Assembly: GCA_963715255.1 (NCBI GenBank)
Contig: CAVQRN010000002.1
Location: 495,843-559,842 of the forward strand
Reading direction: 5' to 3'
Source: an uncultured Actinomycetota bacterium
GTDB lineage: Bacteria > Actinomycetota > Acidimicrobiia > Spongiisociales > UBA5794
Length of the DNA stretch: 64,000 bases
The notes beneath the pieces are model-generated. The model did no database searches. It worked only from the letters and a program-made list of their open reading frames with translations, and was not told the origin of the DNA. The position numbers and the translations under genes were made by a program. This document shows positions 30,084 through 39,779 of this stretch, in pieces. Every line of letters begins with the position of its first letter. Position 1 is the first letter of the stretch.

Positions 30084-30977
30084 GTGTTGACGATTTACGA
30101 GCAGATCCAGGAATCCATCGACTTCATCGAGGCCAACCTGTTTGAGGGTGTGACGTCCGACACCGCCGCCAGCTCAGCATGCATGTCGGTGCGGAGCTTC
30201 CATCGCTACTTCCCCGCACTCACTGGATATCGCTTCGGCGAGTACGTCAGGAAGCGCCGCCTCTCTGAAGCGATGAGCATCTTGATGGGATCCGAAGACT
30301 CAGTTCTGGAGATTGCTCTCCACGCTGGCTACGACAGCCATGAGGCGTTCACCCGCGTGTTCAAACAGGAGTTCGGCGTGGCGCCGCTCCGGTTCAGAAC
30401 CAGCGGACGGTCTGCCGCACCAACGGAGAAGCTCGACATCGTAGGAGAGGTGAACATGGGCGTGTTGACGAGATTGCTACCGGAGATGACCGTCGCATGC
30501 TTCGATGGCTTCAAGCCTGAACCCGAGCAACAGGCACACCGTCTGATGACGGCGTGGATGAGCCTCCATCCGGAGGCTGCAGGATCACACCGTCTCTTCG
30601 GACACAATATCGACACCTTCGGCTTCCTGTCCCACGGACCCGACAACGACGGATACCGGCTCATGGTGACGTTGCCGGATGAGGCATTGCCGCTCGGGCC
30701 GGGCGCCCACCTCGGCACGATCGACTCCGGCGTCTTCGTCGTGACCGGCATCGAGGGCTCGTTCGACGATGACCCATCGGGGTCGTGGGTGGTTGACGGC
30801 TGGAAGCGTCTCCAGGTGATGATGCAGCGACAAGGAATCCACGAACACCCGTCGCACCGGTGGTTCGAAGAGTGGCTCGCACCCGTCACTCCCGGCCGGA
30901 CACGATTCGACCTGTACGTGGAGATCGAGCGACCGCCCGGTGGATTGGACGAGCGGATTGGCGACGTGACGACGTAG
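30084..30977 (+). CDS. AraC-family transcriptional regulator with C-terminal GyrI-like effector domain
   Basis: IQESIDFIEANL, EYVRKRRL, GYDSHEAFTRVFKQEFGVAP; TACAAT 7 nt upstream suggests leaderless mRNA. Confidence 0.88.
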   Translation: MLTIYEQIQESIDFIEANLFEGVTSDTAASSACMSVRSFHRYFPALTGYRFGEYVRKRRLSEAMSILMGSEDSVLEIALHAGYDSHEAFTRVFKQEFGVAPLRFRTSGRSAAPTEKLDIVGEVNMGVLTRLLPEMTVACFDGFKPEPEQQAHRLMTAWMSLHPEAAGSHRLFGHNIDTFGFLSHGPDNDGYRLMVTLPDEALPLGPGAHLGTIDSGVFVVTGIEGSFDDDPSGSWVVDGWKRLQVMMQRQGIHEHPSHRWFEEWLAPVTPGRTRFDLYVEIERPPGGLDERIGDVTT

Positions 30978-31238
30978 CGGGCGGCTACTCATTCTCCAAC
31001 CTGCAACCGGAACGGGGTCCGGTGATCGACACCACTGGGGCCCAACCTGCGACTGGAGTTTCACCCGCTGGACGGACACGGGTGCCGTGCGGTCAATTGA
31101 GGGGCCTCCGATATCGTCGGATGTGTTCTGGACTGCGTTGCCGGGCAAGTGCCAGATTCTGGATGCCTCCTTCGTGGACCAGAATCCCGCCAAGACGTCT
31201 TGGTCGAAGATGTCGGACGGGTCCGGTAGTCTCGGACC

Positions 31239-31445
31239 GTGCAGACGATCGCCACCCGAGTGTTCGTGATCTCATCGGTTGCCTTCGGCGCCGTTGGGAC
31301 ACTCTTCTTCCTCACCCTGGTCGGCGACTGGAGCGAGGCGACCTCTGAGACCGTCTTCGCCCTGTGGGGCGTGATCGGCTGCGTCGTCCTTTCGTCGTTC
31401 GCTCTGAGCGTTGCCGGGAAATACCTCATCGACAAGATCGACTAG
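31239..31445 (+). CDS. Small 2-TM membrane protein
   Basis: 68-aa hydrophobic ORF with two helices; TAGTCT -10-like hexamer just upstream. Confidence 0.6.
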   Translation: MQTIATRVFVISSVAFGAVGTLFFLTLVGDWSEATSETVFALWGVIGCVVLSSFALSVAGKYLIDKID

Positions 31446-31545
31446 ATCACCCGGTCTTCCCCTACCGCGACGCTGGGTGGCACAGAACTGAGGCGGACCT
31501 CGAAGGTCCCGTCACCACCGCCCCCGTGATCGAGATCATCCCGAG

Positions 31546-32382
31546 TCAATCAGCCTTGCGCCTGGTCTCTCCGCAGATGGTGCAGATATGCCTGCCGAGG
31601 CCCGACGACGCCACCACCCGGTGATCCCAGGTGTGCTGGTGTTCTTGACCCCTTAGGCCCTCGTCGATCGGCACCCGATCGAGACCGAAAATGTCGTAGT
31701 GGCGGGCCATGTCCAGTGTGCGGATCCACACTCCGTTGGACTTCTTCTCGAACACCTTCGATGAGGCCCGGTCGGGCTCTCGACCCAGCACCGCAAGCCC
31801 GCTTCGCGTTCTGCCTCGGCCACGAGCTTCGGAGGGTACGTCGTCGTCTGCAGGCCGTTCATCCTCCGAGGTGGTCGCAATCGGCCTGGGAACGGTAGAC
31901 GGAGGAACCGGCACCACCTCTGAAGGCGGGGCCTCTGCACGTGCGGCCTCGGCCGCAGCCTTGCGGTCCCGTCGCGACGGTTTCGATGCTTTCTCCGTCG
32001 ACGGTTCCTGACCCACGGACCGCCGCCCAAGGGGTCGTCCCTCTTCATGGGAGGCCTGGTCCGCCTCGAGCCTCGGCTCGGTACGGTGAGATTTCTTCTT
32101 TGCCTTGCGACCCCTGCGGCTGCCCGCACTGGTAGCGCCCCCGTCGACCAGTGGAATGTCACCGAACGTGGCCGGGTCGTCCGGCACGAAGATCAATCGG
32201 TCGCCTTCTGCGATGAACTCGAATGAGGTCGAGTCGATGCGCCGGACGATGACGGCCGTGCAAAGCCAGTTTCCCAACTCGGCGCCGTCGGCGAACATTG
32301 TGATCTCGGTTTCTCGAATGCTGAGCTTCACGCTGAGCGCGTCCGTCTCATCCGGGTTCCGTATGGATCCGGCAATCACCAT
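31546..32382 (-). CDS. Hypothetical protein with disordered middle and C-terminal HxH...CxxC motif
   Basis: Beta-rich N-domain, charged low-complexity linker, HQHTWDH...HICTICG. Confidence 0.6.
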   Translation of the reverse strand: MVIAGSIRNPDETDALSVKLSIRETEITMFADGAELGNWLCTAVIVRRIDSTSFEFIAEGDRLIFVPDDPATFGDIPLVDGGATSAGSRRGRKAKKKSHRTEPRLEADQASHEEGRPLGRRSVGQEPSTEKASKPSRRDRKAAAEAARAEAPPSEVVPVPPSTVPRPIATTSEDERPADDDVPSEARGRGRTRSGLAVLGREPDRASSKVFEKKSNGVWIRTLDMARHYDIFGLDRVPIDEGLRGQEHQHTWDHRVVASSGLGRHICTICGETRRKAD

Positions 32383-32790
32383 GATCGAGCCGCCGACCGG
32401 CCCGTCCTCAGAACGCGGAGCTTTCGCCCCCCGACGTAGCAAAGCATTGCTCCTTCCAGAAGATGTCCAACAAGATGTCCTCGGCATGCAAACGCCCGGA
32501 CTCAAGCCGTCTGTTCAACCACCAAACGGGAATCCGAGCGTTGGCGGCACCGGGAGACGGCGGATTCTGCCGCGGCGACCTCCCCAGCCGGGTTCAGGCT
32601 CCGACCATCATGCGACCGAGCAGTCACCGAGACGCGGCTTCGTCCCTGAGGACGTTCAAGGTCAAACGACGCTCGTCACGAACGTTGCCCCAAACCCGAA
32701 TCGTGGACACGGCGCCGGGACTAGTCAGGGCAGGAACGTCGGCAACCCTTCTCGACAGGACGGTCCCAATCGGTCATGCTGATCGTAGGT

Positions 32791-32973
32791 ATGGAAGACA
32801 CCACGACACAGCACCCCACGGGGTTCATTTGCGGCATCTGCGAGGGAATTGCCGTCGTCGAACTCGACGGCGACTACCTCTGCGCCAAACACGGCATCGA
32901 GGCGATGGTCACGGTCGACCTCCGGGCAGAGGAACCGATCGTTACCGTCTCGACGCCTGGCATCAACAGCTAG
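32791..32973 (+). CDS. Small CxxC...CxxH putative zinc-binding protein, copy 2
   Basis: FICGICEGIAVVELDGDYLCAKHGIEAMVTVDLRAEEPIVTVST; paralogue of 22334. Confidence 0.7.
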   Translation: MEDTTTQHPTGFICGICEGIAVVELDGDYLCAKHGIEAMVTVDLRAEEPIVTVSTPGINS

Positions 32974-33046
32974 CGACGCAGACGACACGTCGTTCCTCGA
33001 CGGGGTTGGCTCTGTGAGCCGCGTCGTCACACTGCGGCGAGATGGC

Positions 33047-33133
33047 CTAATAGGCGACGTATGCGAGCACCGACACCGTGACGATGGCAACACCCCACAG
33101 CGTTATCGCTCCAATGCGCACAAAGAACCTCAT
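33047..33133 (-). CDS. 28-aa single-TM micropeptide
   Basis: GGAGG 6 nt before ATG; MRFFVRIGAITLWGVAIVTVSVLAYVAY*; below the ORF-track size cutoff. Confidence 0.5.
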   Translation of the reverse strand: MRFFVRIGAITLWGVAIVTVSVLAYVAY

Positions 33134-33262
33134 CGGACCCTCCAATATCATTTGAATATTCCTGGCCCATGGAGCCTATGGGTGACCGGACGACTGTCGA
33201 TCGCACGCGATAGGGCCGGAAGTCTCAAAACGGCGCACCGCGGCGGACGAGGCCTCCCCGTT

Positions 33263-34144
33263 CTAGAGGTTGAAGGCGTCGGCCAGATCGTGCCAGCGGT
33301 CGAGCGTGATGTCGAGATCGTCGTCGGCGACGAGGACCTGGATACCGACGTGGTCGGCCCCGGCGTCGAGGTGCTGTTGAACTCGATCAACCGTGACGTC
33401 CAGGTCACCACAGGCGACGATCCCGTCGACCAGTCGGCCCGACATGTCGTCGATGTCGGTTTGGGTGAATCCGCAGCGCAAGAGGTTGTTGGTGTAGTTG
33501 GGCAGTCTGAGATAGCGAGCCATGTTGGCTCTGGCCACACCTCTGGCCCTGTCGATGTCGCTGTCGATGACCACCATCTGCTCCGGAGCGAGAAGTGGAC
33601 CCTGCCCGAGAATGTCGCGGGCCGTCGCCGTGTGCTCGGGAGGGGTGAAGTATGGGTGGGCGCCGTCCGCAGCTTCGGCGCTCAGTTTCAGCATCCGCGG
33701 CCCGAGAGCGGCAAGCACGGTCGGGGGCTTGTTTGCAGGCTCCACGGCGGTGTAGGGAGCTTCTGCCATGGCCTTCAGATACGCCACCATGTCCGAGTAG
33801 GGAGTCCGATACTCGAGTTTGCGGATTCCTTCCACGGAGGCGGCATGGGCAACCCCCAAGCCAAGCAGGAATCGGCCTTCGTGCGCCTCGAACAGCGTCT
33901 TCTGAGCCGCTGCGGTAGTCACCGGATGGCGTGCATAGATCTGGGCGATGCCGGACGCCACGATCAGCCGGGACGTGGCATCCAACATGACACTCGAAGC
34001 AACCAGAACGTCACGGCCGGTCGACTCGGGCCGCCACAGCGTCGGCCACCCCATCTCCTCGATCTCCTGAACCACGTCGCGGACACGCGACGTCGGATGC
34101 TCGTCCAGAAGAAACGTCCAGAGTCCAACACGACCGATATCCAT
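33263..34144 (-). CDS. LLM-class, probably F420-dependent, oxidoreductase
   Basis: IEEMGWPTLW, VASGIAQIYAR, GRFLLGLGVAH, LAALGPRML, GAHPYF, YLRLPNYTNNL. Confidence 0.85.
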   Translation of the reverse strand: MDIGRVGLWTFLLDEHPTSRVRDVVQEIEEMGWPTLWRPESTGRDVLVASSVMLDATSRLIVASGIAQIYARHPVTTAAAQKTLFEAHEGRFLLGLGVAHAASVEGIRKLEYRTPYSDMVAYLKAMAEAPYTAVEPANKPPTVLAALGPRMLKLSAEAADGAHPYFTPPEHTATARDILGQGPLLAPEQMVVIDSDIDRARGVARANMARYLRLPNYTNNLLRCGFTQTDIDDMSGRLVDGIVACGDLDVTVDRVQQHLDAGADHVGIQVLVADDDLDITLDRWHDLADAFNL

Positions 34145-34208
34145 GACTGCAGGCTATCAGGCCACGCATGCCGTCCGCTGGTTGTGGATCGGGTAGGCTC
34201 GCCTGGCG

Positions 34209-36278
34209 ATGCAGCACACCAGGGACCCTCGCTTCGACGTGTTGTTCGAGCCGGTACGCATCGGTCCGGTGACGGCGCGAAATCGTTTCTATCAGGTGCC
34301 GCACTGCAACGGGATGGGGTACCGCGACCCGTCGGCGTTGGCTGCGATGCGAGGAGTCAAGGCCGAGGGCGGCTGGGCTGTTGTGTCGACCGAAGAGGTC
34401 GAGATTCACCCTTCGTCGGAGACTACGCCGTACATCGAGGGTCGTATCTGGGACGCCGAGGACATCCCCGCCCATGCGCTCGTCGTCGACCGGATCCACG
34501 CACATGGAGCGCTCGCCGCCATCGAACTCGTCCACGGCGGCATGAGCGCGCCCAACTACTACACCCGGGTCCCACCGATGGGTCCGGGTCACCAGCGCCT
34601 CGCCGGTCGCTTCGCACCCATCCAGTCACGGCGCATGGACCACGGCGACATCGCCGATCTTCGTCGTTGGCACCGAGAGGCGGTCGAGCGATCACTCCAG
34701 GCCGGCTACGACATCGTGTACGTGTACGCAGGGCACTCGCTCACGACGCTGCAGTTCTTCCTCTCCCCCAAGTACAACGATCGCAACGACGAATACGGCG
34801 GATCGGTCGAGAACCGAACGCGCCTGTTGCGTGAAGTGCTCGAGGAGACCCAGGAGGTCGTCGCCGGGCGGGCAGCGGTTGCGTGCCGGATCGCCGTCGA
34901 TGAGTTGAGCGGCAGCCTCGGCATCGACCGCCCGCAGATCGAGACGATTCTCGGTCTCGTCGGCGAGTTGCCCGACGTGTGGGACTTCATGGTGGGTGTC
35001 TGGGAGGACGACTCGGTGACGTCCCGGTTCGGCCCCGAGGGCGGCCAGGAGGCATACGTGCGGGGCCTGAAGGCGCTCACGTCAAAACCGGTGGTCGGCG
35101 TGGGACGTTTCACCTCACCGGACACGATGGTGCGCATGGTCCGGCAGGGTGTGCTCGACTTCATCGGCGCCGCCCGGCCCTCGATCGCCGACCCCTTCCT
35201 GCCCTCCAAGATCGAGGAGGGTCGAATCGACGAGATCAGGGAGTGCATCGGGTGCAACATATGTGTATCCGGGGATTTCACGGTGTCCCCGATCCGCTGC
35301 ACCCAGAATCCTTCCATGGGCGAGGAGTGGCGGCGCGGCTGGCACCCCGAGCGGTTTCGTCCTGCCGGCACCGCCGAGAAGGTACTCGTGGTCGGCGGCG
35401 GCCCTGCCGGACTGGAAGCCGCGATGGTCGCAGGCAAACGCGGCTACGAAGTGGTGCTTGTTGAAGCAACCCGGGAGTTGGGCGGACGAGTCACCCGTGA
35501 GGCGCTCCTTCCCGGTCTGGCGGAGTGGAGGCGGGTGCTCGACTACCGGGTGAACCAGATCGATCACATCGACGGGGTCGACCACTATTTCGAAAGCGCC
35601 ATGACCGCAGACGAGATCCTCGAGTACGGCTTTCACCACGTTGCGGTGGCGACCGGCTCGGACTGGCGGCGCGACGGTGTTGGGCACTGGCACCGACATC
35701 CCCTCGCCATCGATGCGAACCTCGAGATCCTCACGCCCGACGACATCTTGGGCGGCACGCGGCCGCGGGGCGAACGGATGGTCGTCTTCGACGATGACCA
35801 CTACTACATGGGTGGCGTGCTCGCAGAACTCCTTGCCGGAGAGGGTTTCGAGGTCGTGTTCGTGACGCCCGCCGCCGACGTGTCCCATTGGGCGCACAAC
35901 ACGATGGAGCAGGAACGGATCCAGCGGCGTCTCCTCGAGAAGGGCGTGATCCTGCACACCCAGCGCACACTGACCGGGGTGACCGACGGCCGCGTAACAA
36001 CGGCCTGTGTCCTCACCGGACGCGAACTCGTCCTCGACTGCGACGCCGTCGTATTCGTGACGGCACGCCTCCCCAATGAAGGCCTGTACTTCGAACTCAT
36101 GGAACGACGTCAACGGTGGCAGGACGCAGGATTGGTGTCGGTCAGGGCGGTCGGTGACGCATTCGCTCCCGGCACGATCGCGTCTGCCGTCTGGGACGGT
36201 CGGAGGTTCGCCGAGGAACTCGACGGCCGCGATGAACCGGCGCTGTTCCGGCGCAACATTCCGAGCCTGCCGGCCTGA
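34209..36278 (+). CDS. Trimethylamine/histamine dehydrogenase-like iron-sulfur flavoprotein
   Basis: NRFYQVPHC (Cys for 6-S-cysteinyl FMN), VYVYAGH, ARPSIADP, 4Fe-4S CIGCNIC...CTQN, GEEWRRGWHPE, GGGPAGLE. Confidence 0.88.
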   Translation: MQHTRDPRFDVLFEPVRIGPVTARNRFYQVPHCNGMGYRDPSALAAMRGVKAEGGWAVVSTEEVEIHPSSETTPYIEGRIWDAEDIPAHALVVDRIHAHGALAAIELVHGGMSAPNYYTRVPPMGPGHQRLAGRFAPIQSRRMDHGDIADLRRWHREAVERSLQAGYDIVYVYAGHSLTTLQFFLSPKYNDRNDEYGGSVENRTRLLREVLEETQEVVAGRAAVACRIAVDELSGSLGIDRPQIETILGLVGELPDVWDFMVGVWEDDSVTSRFGPEGGQEAYVRGLKALTSKPVVGVGRFTSPDTMVRMVRQGVLDFIGAARPSIADPFLPSKIEEGRIDEIRECIGCNICVSGDFTVSPIRCTQNPSMGEEWRRGWHPERFRPAGTAEKVLVVGGGPAGLEAAMVAGKRGYEVVLVEATRELGGRVTREALLPGLAEWRRVLDYRVNQIDHIDGVDHYFESAMTADEILEYGFHHVAVATGSDWRRDGVGHWHRHPLAIDANLEILTPDDILGGTRPRGERMVVFDDDHYYMGGVLAELLAGEGFEVVFVTPAADVSHWAHNTMEQERIQRRLLEKGVILHTQRTLTGVTDGRVTTACVLTGRELVLDCDAVVFVTARLPNEGLYFELMERRQRWQDAGLVSVRAVGDAFAPGTIASAVWDGRRFAEELDGRDEPALFRRNIPSLPA

Positions 36279-36397
36279 GGAGATACCGGGAACGAGGCCG
36301 CCGCTCAGAACGCGTCGCCCGTGCACAGCAGATTCGCTCCCCGATAGGACATAGAGAACCACGCCCCAGTCCGGCGGCGGCCGTGTAGCCTCGCTTC

Positions 36398-36868
36398 ATG
36401 ACTGACACCTACTCCGTTGAGCGCTCTGCGACCATCAAGGCGCCCGCTGCCTCCATCTACGCACAAATAGTCGACTTCCACCGATGGACCGCCTGGTCCC
36501 CGTGGGAAGGCCTCGACCCGGATCTCGAGCGAACCTACTCGGGGCCGGACCGGGGCCCGGGCGCGACCTACGTCTGGTCGGGGAACCGCAAAGCCGGCGA
36601 GGGGCGGATGGAGATTGCCGAGGCTGTGGAACCCTCCAGGGTGGAAGTCGCGCTGAACTTCGTGAAGCCGTTCAAGTCCAGCAGCACCACGACCTTCGAC
36701 CTAGAGCCGGAGGGGGAGGCGACCCGGGTTACATGGACGATGAACGGGCCGAAGACGCTGATGACCCGGGTGATGGGCCTCTACAAGAGCATGGACAAGA
36801 TGATCGGCCCGGATTTCGAGAAGGGCCTTGAGCGACTCAAAGCGGTCGCGGAGCGGCCCGAGACCTGA
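36398..36868 (+). CDS. SRPBCC / polyketide cyclase family protein
   Basis: VERSATIKAP, WSPWEGLDP, WSGNRKAGEG, GPDFEKGL. Confidence 0.88.
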   Translation: MTDTYSVERSATIKAPAASIYAQIVDFHRWTAWSPWEGLDPDLERTYSGPDRGPGATYVWSGNRKAGEGRMEIAEAVEPSRVEVALNFVKPFKSSSTTTFDLEPEGEATRVTWTMNGPKTLMTRVMGLYKSMDKMIGPDFEKGLERLKAVAERPET

Positions 36869-36874
36869 GCTGGC

Positions 36875-36918
36875 CCGGACGCCCCCTCTGCGTCGTCGCC
36901 GGACGCCCCCTCTTCGTC
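36875..36918. repeat. Short 24-bp tandem repeat (about 1.8 copies)
   Basis: CCGGACGCCCCCTCTGCGTCGTCG followed by CCGGACGCCCCCTCTTCGTC. Confidence 0.6.
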
Positions 36919-36957
36919 TCCCCCACAGCGTGGTGGAGACGAAGGTCTGTCCTCCGA

Positions 36958-37773
36958 TCAATCGTCGTAGCCGAGCTTGTGCAGCGCTTCGGCTACCACG
37001 GCAGCCCCCGTCGCGTTGAAGTGACCGTCCGCCCCGATCCAGTCATCGGGTATCCGCAGATCGGGGTCGAGTACGCCGAACACGGCGTTCAAGTCCACGA
37101 CCTTCCCGCCGTGGGCTTCGGTGACGGCAGCCATTGCATCCATGAACGCCAACAAGCCGTCGCGACCGTCGGGCGCCGTGAGGCCCTCAATGCCTTCAGG
37201 CGGCACGAGCCACTCCCAGGCCTTGGCGGATCGAATGATTGCCTCGGGGTTGAGTGCCTGAATCTCGTCGAGGAATCCATTCCACTCATCGGCATAGCTG
37301 TCAGTCATCTTCTGGGCGCAGGGGGCGTCACCCGGCTCGCATCCTGTTCGGATGACATCGGCTTCGGGATGGATGAAGATCACCTCGGATCTGCCGATTT
37401 CGGTCCGTATGATGTCCTGTTGGAGTATGACGGCATAGTCGATGTACCCGCCACGCCAATAGTTCAGCACGTCGACGCTGACGCCGCGATCGCGGGTGAT
37501 GAGGTCACCCCAGAGCTCGGCCCATCCGCCGACGGCGAGACTGTCGGCGAGGATCATGACCTGCCAATCGGCGGGTTCGACGGATTCGACCTGTTCGACG
37601 GTCGTACTGACCTCCTCCGAAACTGACGCGTCATCCACGATCGTGGGCTCCGTTGTGGTGGACTCGGGTGTCGCTGTGTCCGATCCGAGCCCCTCGGTGT
37701 TCCCACAGGCAGCCAGGAGCAGAACCGCCGCGATCCAGGGGACGAATACTCGGAGAGAACGGATGAGCATCAT
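36958..37773 (-). CDS. Lipoprotein with SGNH/GDSL-hydrolase-like domain
   Basis: Lipobox LAA-C, Thr/Glu linker, ILADSL block I, DGHFN block V. Confidence 0.65.
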   Translation of the reverse strand: MMLIRSLRVFVPWIAAVLLLAACGNTEGLGSDTATPESTTTEPTIVDDASVSEEVSTTVEQVESVEPADWQVMILADSLAVGGWAELWGDLITRDRGVSVDVLNYWRGGYIDYAVILQQDIIRTEIGRSEVIFIHPEADVIRTGCEPGDAPCAQKMTDSYADEWNGFLDEIQALNPEAIIRSAKAWEWLVPPEGIEGLTAPDGRDGLLAFMDAMAAVTEAHGGKVVDLNAVFGVLDPDLRIPDDWIGADGHFNATGAAVVAEALHKLGYDD

Positions 37774-37795
37774 TGGGACTCCTTGGTGTGTGTGG

Positions 37796-39271
37796 TCATT
37801 GTCGGGTGAAGGGTGACGGATACACCGTCGTCGTGGTGCCGTCGAAGCTGATCAGTCCCTGATCCGATAACTTCCATAGGGTTCCGTCGGGGCCGACGGC
37901 TGCAGGGAATCCGCCTGCCGCCACGTCGCCCGGATAGGCGATCCAGCGTGTGCCGTCGAAGCGGGCGTAGCCGCAGGCGGGTGTCGCGATGGGCGGATTC
38001 CCTTCAGCGTCACCCGTCCACACGGTCTTGTCTTCCCCGACCACCACGGTCCCGTCTGGGCCGACGACGACGGTGGGGTTTGCACAGAGGAGGCCGTCCG
38101 CGGCCGTGTACCAGGTCCAGACCGTGCCGTCGAAGCGGGCGATGGTCGCGGGTGATATGTCCGGGAAGAGGGTCGGCAGGCCGTCGTCATAGGTGTCGCC
38201 GCCGGTGACGGCGACGGCCCAGATCGTGCCGTCTGGGGCGGCCGCGACCCGGGACACGTTGCTGCCGGGAAGACCATCGTCGTCGGCATAGCGAGTGAAT
38301 TCGGTGCCGTCGAACGAGAAGAGGCCACGCCCCCCTTGGCCTCCGAAGGTGTTCAAGCCGGCGTTCGTGCCCGCCCACAGGATGCCGTCGCCATCGATCG
38401 CCAGCGAACTCGACCACGGTGATACGGACCCGTTCCATCCGGTCGGCAACCCGGGCACGGTGTGGCGTTCCCATGCTGTGCCGTCGAATGTGAGCAGCAG
38501 ATTCTCACCCAGGGAGGCGAACACGGTGCCGTCGGCAGACACCACCACGTCGCCGATTTCGGCCCCGGGCGCCCCATCGATGTCGAACAATGACCACGAA
38601 CACGGGTCCTGATCGCAGTCGTGGCGTGCCAGCCATGTCATGGTCCGTGCCTGCCCATCCCACGTGTCGACGATGACGCCTCCGAACTCCTCGTCATCGA
38701 CCGTGGACCAGGACGTGCCGCCGACCCACAGAGTGCCATCCGGAGCGAGAGCGATCTGGGAGATTCCCCCGACCGGCATGCCGACGTCCACTGGGTTCCC
38801 CTCGGGCAGTCCCGTGAGATCGATCAATGCCCACTCACCCCCGTCGTCGAGTGTGGCGATGCCGGCCGGTGCCACCGCATAGACCAGCCCATCTGAAGCA
38901 ATCTCCACGTCATGGACGCCATAGCTCCAGTCGAGGACGGCAGAATCAACCGGCACCTCCGCCGCGTTCGTCGTCACGCTGGGAGGCGTCGTCGTGGTGG
39001 CCGCCTCGATGGTTGTCTGGGTGGCAACGGACTCATCGGCGATGTCCGGTTCCGTCGTGCGCAGCACCAGCATCGACACGGCAACAACGACGAGGACCGA
39101 CACGGCCGTCGAGACCGCGATCAACGGACCACGCCACCATTGACCGGCTGGGCGGACGAGGGCTTTGGGCGGTGCGGAACGGAGTTCTCGCGTTCGCCGG
39201 TCGATGCTCGCACGAATGTCCGGTGGGTCGAGTTGATCCAGTTCGCTGAGACGGTGCCGCAAGTCAGTCAT
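37796..39271 (-). CDS. Putative anti-sigma/sensor: short cytoplasmic N-terminus, TM helix, extracellular beta-propeller
   Basis: Start overlaps the ECF sigma stop; one TM; repeated APDGTLW / FDGT.W..Y...DGL motifs. Confidence 0.7.
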   Translation of the reverse strand: MTDLRHRLSELDQLDPPDIRASIDRRTRELRSAPPKALVRPAGQWWRGPLIAVSTAVSVLVVVAVSMLVLRTTEPDIADESVATQTTIEAATTTTPPSVTTNAAEVPVDSAVLDWSYGVHDVEIASDGLVYAVAPAGIATLDDGGEWALIDLTGLPEGNPVDVGMPVGGISQIALAPDGTLWVGGTSWSTVDDEEFGGVIVDTWDGQARTMTWLARHDCDQDPCSWSLFDIDGAPGAEIGDVVVSADGTVFASLGENLLLTFDGTAWERHTVPGLPTGWNGSVSPWSSSLAIDGDGILWAGTNAGLNTFGGQGGRGLFSFDGTEFTRYADDDGLPGSNVSRVAAAPDGTIWAVAVTGGDTYDDGLPTLFPDISPATIARFDGTVWTWYTAADGLLCANPTVVVGPDGTVVVGEDKTVWTGDAEGNPPIATPACGYARFDGTRWIAYPGDVAAGGFPAAVGPDGTLWKLSDQGLISFDGTTTTVYPSPFTRQ

Positions 39272-39779
39272 CGTTCTCCTCCAACAGTCTTACCAGACGG
39301 CGGCGTCCCCGACTCAGGTGCACCCACACCGCGGCGGTCGTCGAACCCGTGATTTCGGCGGTATCGGATGCCGGATACCCGGCGTAGTAGTGCAGCACCA
39401 CCGCGGCACGCTGCATCGGCGACAGTTCGGCCAAAGCCGCTCGGATCTCCCATGCCGCTTCGTCCGCCGCCACGGGGCTGTCGGGCACGAAGTCCGAGAA
39501 CGTTCCTCGCCGCTTCAACTCACCGGCGGCGATCCGATAGGCAGCCTTCCACACCCAACGCTCGGGTGAACGGATCTCCTCACCGCGGGCAATTGCCTGG
39601 GCGAACGCCTCAGCCACCGCGTCCTGCGCCATATCCCGGCTCCCCGTATACGCCGTGAGCGCCCGCCACATACGCGGAGCCTGCTCCCGATACAACCCAT
39701 CAAGCTCATCGACCCGCTGACGAACTCGAATCGTCGATCTCTCGGCTGAGCGACTCGACCAATTCGATCCTCCACTCAT
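39264..39779 (-). CDS. ECF RNA polymerase sigma-70 factor (start uncertain)
   Basis: AQDAVAEAF, WVWKAAYR (region 2); LSPMQRAAVVLHYY...VHLSRGRRRL (region 4). Confidence 0.88.
   Translation of the reverse strand: MSGGSNWSSRSAERSTIRVRQRVDELDGLYREQAPRMWRALTAYTGSRDMAQDAVAEAFAQAIARGEEIRSPERWVWKAAYRIAAGELKRRGTFSDFVPDSPVAADEAAWEIRAALAELSPMQRAAVVLHYYAGYPASDTAEITGSTTAAVWVHLSRGRRRLVRLLEENDD

Noticed and set aside
36875-36918. 24-bp tandem repeat as a CRISPR or iteron array
   Set aside because: Fewer than two full copies, no spacers, no cas or rep gene
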